Source: a virus | Direction: 5' to 3' (one strand) | DNA: 64,000 bases | Virus record (IMG/VR): IMGVR_UViG_3300005573_000005 | Shown: positions 60,375-64,000 of the stretch, piece after piece | Numbering within the stretch: position 1 is the first letter of the stretch | How the letters are laid out: each line of letters starts with the position of its first letter | Notes under the pieces: model-generated | What the model saw: only the letters and a program-made list of their open reading frames with translations | Told to the model about the DNA's origin: nothing | Database searches by the model: none | Made by a program: the position numbers and the translations under genes

Positions 60375-61499
60375 ATGTCTAAGCGTTATATTATAGACAA
60401 ATTGTTTGAAGTTGTAAAAGCCAGGGAGAGTACAGATAGCAGAACATTAGGTGGCAAAACTCTGGAACAATTTAAAGAAGCTGTTGAGGGGCTTGAAGAT
60501 TTTTATCCTTATGCTGTAGAAGTTGGTTTAGAGTTTCTTTCCGGGCGACAGAAACAAAGTTGGGATTTTATCGATACTGCGAGATTGGCACAGCAATACC
60601 AGAAGCTTCTTAAAGATGAGCCGTTAGATACGGACTTTTTAGATGAAACTATTTTTATTTTAAGAAATAATATAGGGAAAATTTTGGCTAATTCTATGTA
60701 TATTTATTATCCAACAGGTGTTTTTCAACTTATGGATGAAGAGTTAGATGCTTTTAGTGATTTTATTGCAGATGAGTATGGTAATTGCAGAGCAACAGAA
60801 GCTCCAGAAAAGTTTGAAAAAGCTTTAAGAGAACTAACTATTGCAAAGACAGATCGTCAGAAGCTTGTAGCAATAAATAATACTCTTGATATTGTGCATG
60901 GGATAGGCGAAGTTGCATATTGGTTTGTTAAAGGTGGAAAAATTACTCTGGATAAGTTATCGGGTAAGCTTCAGGAGAGTAATTTAGAAGATAAAGCAAG
61001 AATTCCGCCGGGATTTGAATTTTTGGTGAAAGAAGCGAAGAAATATAAGAGTGCTGAGGAATTTGTAGAAGCGCAGGCAAAGAAGATAACAGAAAAGATG
61101 GTAGCTAAAATTTGTGATATTTATGATGTTCCTAAAATAGATGTTGAGTTTTTAGATACAGATTTAACATCTGGGGGTGGATTGGGGAGTTTTAAGGTTT
61201 TTCGTGGTAAATATCCGTTTATAGAAATTGCGAAAGAGGGGTTGTTAGATAATCATTCGCTTTATCATGAGTTGGCTCATTATATTTTATGGACAAGGAA
61301 AAGAGAAAACGTTTTTCATCCGGTATTAGCACATGGAGAAGAACATGACAGAATAATGTGCAGAATAGCTCATTTTTTAAAACCAGATTATATTTCAAGG
61401 TCTCAACTTATTGACATTTATAATTATGCTACAAAAAAATTAAATAAAACAGAACGACCTGAAGCTAAGGCGAGTGAAGCTGTAGCAAAAGAAGAATAG
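60375..61499 (+). CDS. MSKRYIIDKLFE-tagged protein with a C-terminal HExxH (zinc metallopeptidase-like) motif
   Basis: ATG 60375 (the listed ORF starts at TTG 60339). N terminus MSKRYIIDKLFEVVKA. NHSLYHELAHYILW contains H-E-L-A-H. Confidence 0.5.
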   Translation: MSKRYIIDKLFEVVKARESTDSRTLGGKTLEQFKEAVEGLEDFYPYAVEVGLEFLSGRQKQSWDFIDTARLAQQYQKLLKDEPLDTDFLDETIFILRNNIGKILANSMYIYYPTGVFQLMDEELDAFSDFIADEYGNCRATEAPEKFEKALRELTIAKTDRQKLVAINNTLDIVHGIGEVAYWFVKGGKITLDKLSGKLQESNLEDKARIPPGFEFLVKEAKKYKSAEEFVEAQAKKITEKMVAKICDIYDVPKIDVEFLDTDLTSGGGLGSFKVFRGKYPFIEIAKEGLLDNHSLYHELAHYILWTRKRENVFHPVLAHGEEHDRIMCRIAHFLKPDYISRSQLIDIYNYATKKLNKTERPEAKASEAVAKEE

Positions 61500-61577
61500 T
61501 TAAATGTACAGTTAGTATTTGTTCAGTATTTTCTTTTCTGAGTATTTTGTCAAAATAGAGTATATAGGAGACTAAAA

Positions 61578-62189
61578 ATGAAAATTAGCAGATATATTAA
61601 TCGTACTAATCACACTCTTTCTTTGTCTTCGCCTACTGGTGGTATTAGACTTTTTCGTCCTGGAGAGTTTTCTTATGATTCTTATTATGCACGTTTTGTA
61701 GGACCAGATTCTTTGACGAAGGAAGATGTGGAAGTAGATAAACTATCTTCTCAAGAGAAGGTAGTTCTTGAGAAAGATTTAGCTTTTCAAAAGCAACGTG
61801 AGCAATTTGCTCATATGCTTTCCAATACTTTTTCTAAGACAGGTGTAGATATAGGTGTTGTTGAACGAGTTGTTATAGAAACTTCTAAAGAAGCTAAAAC
61901 TCCTTCTATTGAAACTAAACCTGTCTCTCAATCTGAGAATATAGAACAAAAAACTAAATCTACTGAACAAACCAAGAAAGAAGAGAAACCTTCTCAGAAA
62001 GAGCAGACTGCAGATGTAGCTTCTGAGCTTCTATCTGCTTTTAAGTATGAAGATGGTAAATTTATTTTTGTAGTTACAAATCCTAACTTTGAAACTACGA
62101 GCAAGAGAGCTTTTACGAGATTTATAAATACTAACTTTCCTCAGTATTCTGAGGCTTTAAGGAAATTTTATGAACTGAAATCTTTATAA
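61578..62189 (+). CDS. hypothetical protein (possible virion protein by position)
   Basis: RBS taggaga. Central K/E/Q/T-rich low-complexity region. Confidence 0.4.
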   Translation: MKISRYINRTNHTLSLSSPTGGIRLFRPGEFSYDSYYARFVGPDSLTKEDVEVDKLSSQEKVVLEKDLAFQKQREQFAHMLSNTFSKTGVDIGVVERVVIETSKEAKTPSIETKPVSQSENIEQKTKSTEQTKKEEKPSQKEQTADVASELLSAFKYEDGKFIFVVTNPNFETTSKRAFTRFINTNFPQYSEALRKFYELKSL

Positions 62190-62198
62190 GGAGCTTTT

Positions 62199-62906
62199 AT
62201 GGATCGTTGGGAACAATCTATAGAATATCCCTTAACGCAACAGGGTGTAATAGATAGGACTAAACGTTCTTTAGGTTATCCTGTTCGTTCACTTGAATTG
62301 ACAGATGAACAGATAGCTGATGCTATTTCTGATGCCATCTATCTATTTAATCGCTACAAGCCACGACTTTACTATGGCACTCTTGAGAACGTTGCTGATA
62401 GGACTGTTATTCAGATAGATAATGATATAGATGATATAATTGAAGTTCAGTTTGTTCGGGAAGGTGTTGGTATTTACAATTATGATATGAATATTTTTAC
62501 ATTAGATAAAATGCTTTCCTGGCGACGTTTAGGTGCTGGAGACTATTATGAGTGGCAACATTGGGTAGAGATGGCTAAGCGTTCTTTCAGTGCGGATCCT
62601 GATTGGTTTTATGACCAGGAGAATCGCAGGTTATATATTTATATAACAGGTGGACCTTATCATGTTATGTTTACAGGTATAAAGAATCATACATTAGCTA
62701 CTATACCTAAACGACTTGTACCAGAATTTCTTATGGCTGTAGAAGCCTATTGTAGGTTACGTATAGCAGAAATACGCAGTCGTACACCTTTGATATTGCC
62801 TACAGGTAATGTTGATGTAGGACCACGTGATGAAGATAAAGCTAAAGAGATGCTTGATAATTTGATTGCTAAGTTGAGTGAACCAGTACCGCCATTGATG
62901 GGATAA
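62199..62906 (+). CDS. neck/head-completion protein, T4 gp13-like
   Basis: IDRTKRSLGYPVRSLELTDEQIADAISDAIYLFNRY parallels the N terminus I recall for T4 gp13 ([33 protein letters not shown]). Both proteins also end in ..PP..(L/M).G. From memory only. Confidence 0.4.
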   Translation: MDRWEQSIEYPLTQQGVIDRTKRSLGYPVRSLELTDEQIADAISDAIYLFNRYKPRLYYGTLENVADRTVIQIDNDIDDIIEVQFVREGVGIYNYDMNIFTLDKMLSWRRLGAGDYYEWQHWVEMAKRSFSADPDWFYDQENRRLYIYITGGPYHVMFTGIKNHTLATIPKRLVPEFLMAVEAYCRLRIAEIRSRTPLILPTGNVDVGPRDEDKAKEMLDNLIAKLSEPVPPLMG

Positions 62907-62911
62907 TTGTT

Positions 62912-63529
62912 ATGGATAGAGTAATGACAAATTTTTATGGTTTACGTTTTACTCAATTCCCTGAGATAGGGTATGAGTTATGGCGTATACTTGAAGCTCA
63001 TGTAGGTTCTGGAGGAGCTTTAGGAGCTTACAGATTACATCCTGTTAAGTATTGGTGTATTGACAGAGAGGCCTCTGAAACTTTTGTTGACAAACTTCAT
63101 AATGAAATTGAACGAGAGTTACTTGTTTTTAAAGACCCTATTTGTTTTCCTTGTTATTATGATGTTCAAAAAGAGTCTTATGATTTAACAAAATTTGGAC
63201 TGGACGAAGTCCGAGCTACAGGGAAACTGGTAGTGCCTTTATCTATTTTAGCTGTATTTAATTTGGTAAAACAATCTGAACCAGATGCTATTCCTGTACC
63301 TTTGATAGGTCCAGGAGATAGATTTCAATACTGGAACAGGATTTATAAAGTTTATTATGTTGCTTATGAAGTGTATTATATGAATAGTGGCATACCTCTA
63401 TATTTTGGTTGTTATGCCAATTTAGAGCGAGATGTTTCTTTAGATTTACCTAAGAAGGTAATTACACTTCCTTCTGTTCTTAAATATGAAAATTTATCTT
63501 TAGAAGTACCTAATCTTATTTTGAGGTGA
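62912..63529 (+). CDS. hypothetical protein (possible neck/structural protein by position)
   Basis: 205-aa ORF directly after the gp13-like gene. Confidence 0.4.
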   Translation: MDRVMTNFYGLRFTQFPEIGYELWRILEAHVGSGGALGAYRLHPVKYWCIDREASETFVDKLHNEIERELLVFKDPICFPCYYDVQKESYDLTKFGLDEVRATGKLVVPLSILAVFNLVKQSEPDAIPVPLIGPGDRFQYWNRIYKVYYVAYEVYYMNSGIPLYFGCYANLERDVSLDLPKKVITLPSVLKYENLSLEVPNLILR

Positions 63530-63535
63530 TTAATT

Positions 63536-63871
63536 ATGGTAGCCATAGTAGATAGAGAAAAAATGTTTGAAGTTATTGATTCAGTTTTGGAGAATTCTTT
63601 ATATAGAGTTTTACCGGATGCAAGAATGGCTATTCGGAAATTTTTGAAAGTTACGTTTACTAATGATGGTGTTACAATAGGTATTTCAGATAAAGAGTTT
63701 GCGAAGACATTAAGGCTTTATAATTATGGTTCAAGTGAGCAGAATATAACTCCGATGTACTTTTTACCGAAGCTAACTTCTGCTTTACAAGATTTTTTTG
63801 AAGCAGAATTTAACAATTATTTTAGTAAGAACAATGCTAATATCAGATTAGATTTTAAGGAGATTAAGTAA
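63536..63871 (+). CDS. hypothetical protein
   Basis: 111-aa ORF. TAATG overlap with the next gene. Confidence 0.4.
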   Translation: MVAIVDREKMFEVIDSVLENSLYRVLPDARMAIRKFLKVTFTNDGVTIGISDKEFAKTLRLYNYGSSEQNITPMYFLPKLTSALQDFFEAEFNNYFSKNNANIRLDFKEIK

Positions 63872-64000
63872 TGCCAGGTAACGAAGAAATTATTAGTGAA
63901 GTAGAAAAATCTAAGATAGTTCAGATTTACGACAATTATGACCATGCTTTTGCGGATTGGGCATCTTTTTATTCTTATAGACCGGATGACCCTAAAGATA
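63871..64000 (+). CDS. hypothetical protein, 3' end beyond the window
   Basis: The ATG at 63871 overlaps the previous stop. The open frame MPGNEEIISEVEKSKIVQIYDNYDHAFADWASFYSYRPDDPKD.. runs to the window edge. Confidence 0.4.
   Translation, partial: MPGNEEIISEVEKSKIVQIYDNYDHAFADWASFYSYRPDDPKD

Noticed and set aside
217-61970. All minus-strand ORFs in the supplied track. Examples: 217..450, 2803..3015, 3829..4164, 12943..13266, 16220..16459, 18246..18599, 23177..23524, 45192..45488, 49070..49534, the cluster 52877..53995, 58536..59480 and 61779..61970.
   Set aside because: Each lies entirely antisense to a longer plus-strand ORF with recognisable motifs or good gene context. Their products are low-complexity or Ser/Leu/Phe-rich, typical of shadow frames. 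They cluster in the GC-richer segments, where stop codons are rarer. None has an RBS that I could see.
1-64000. tRNA or rRNA genes, an integrase with att sites, a transposase, and a reverse transcriptase / diversity-generating retroelement that might explain the variable LRR arrays.
   Set aside because: I inspected all intergenic gaps longer than 80 nt and saw no cloverleaf-like arrangement. No ORF shows integrase (R..H.R..Y), DDE or RT (YxDD) motifs. Prophage versus free phage status therefore cannot be decided from this window, and the LRR diversity is better explained by duplication and gene conversion.

Overview
The window looks like one contiguous stretch of a tailed dsDNA phage or prophage genome. 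It is AT-rich: hand counts on sample 60-nt lines give about 27-35% GC. Every credible gene is on the + strand, tightly packed, often with ATGA/TAATG overlaps and AGGAGG-type ribosome binding sites. All family calls come from motifs read by eye in the supplied translations; no database search was run.

Modules, in order:
- 1-4.2 kb: early/regulatory genes. These include an internally deleted DNA methyltransferase, a sigma-70-like factor, an intact methyltransferase inserted between two copies of the sigma gene 3' end, and a metallophosphoesterase.
- 4.3-16.2 kb: a T4-flavoured replication/recombination module built around a family A polymerase. It holds a UDG(family 4)-exonuclease-PolA fusion, a gp32-like SSB, a RecA/UvsX-like recombinase, a 5'-3' flap nuclease, a fused SbcD-SbcC (Mre11-Rad50) protein, a dUTPase-like protein, a PD-(D/E)xK nuclease and an ATP-dependent ligase.
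- 16.2-18.4 kb: an accessory islet with a truncated type III/IIG-like adenine methyltransferase and a DUF4338 (DruA-like) ORF.
- 18.3-24 kb: candidate late regulators (sigma-like, Mor-like), a possible small terminase, the large terminase, the portal and an HU-like protein.
- 24.7-27.8 kb: a methyltransferase and glycosyltransferases.
- 27.9-36.4 kb: mixed cargo, including a helicase gene remnant, an SLT-like lysin, and an adjacent pair of a DDAH/amidinotransferase-fold enzyme and a phosphatidylserine-decarboxylase-like enzyme.
- 31.8-43 kb plus 59.8 kb: five paralogs of a Cys-containing 22-residue LRR-like repeat protein, showing recent duplication and gene conversion.
- 44.3-50.5 kb: a second accessory block with a GT2, a pyruvyl-transferase-like gene, and beta-rich proteins ending in (C-x3)n-C tails.
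- 50.5-56.1 kb: adhesin/fibre-like proteins (CBM5/12-like, beta-helix-like, LamG), some with signal-peptide-like N termini.
- 56.4-59.7 kb: a T4 gp21-like prohead protease fused to an acidic repeat scaffold, and a gp23-like major capsid protein.
- 59.8-64 kb: tagged cargo proteins and neck-like proteins.

The most interesting observation is a portable peptide tag, (M)SKRYIIDKLFE. It sits at the termini of at least six, possibly eight, otherwise unrelated ORFs and ends in L-x-E, the cleavage consensus of gp21-type prohead proteases. This suggests a capsid-targeting and processing signal for a diversifying set of packaged, possibly injected, effector proteins.

I saw no tRNA, rRNA, CRISPR array, integrase, reverse transcriptase or transposase.
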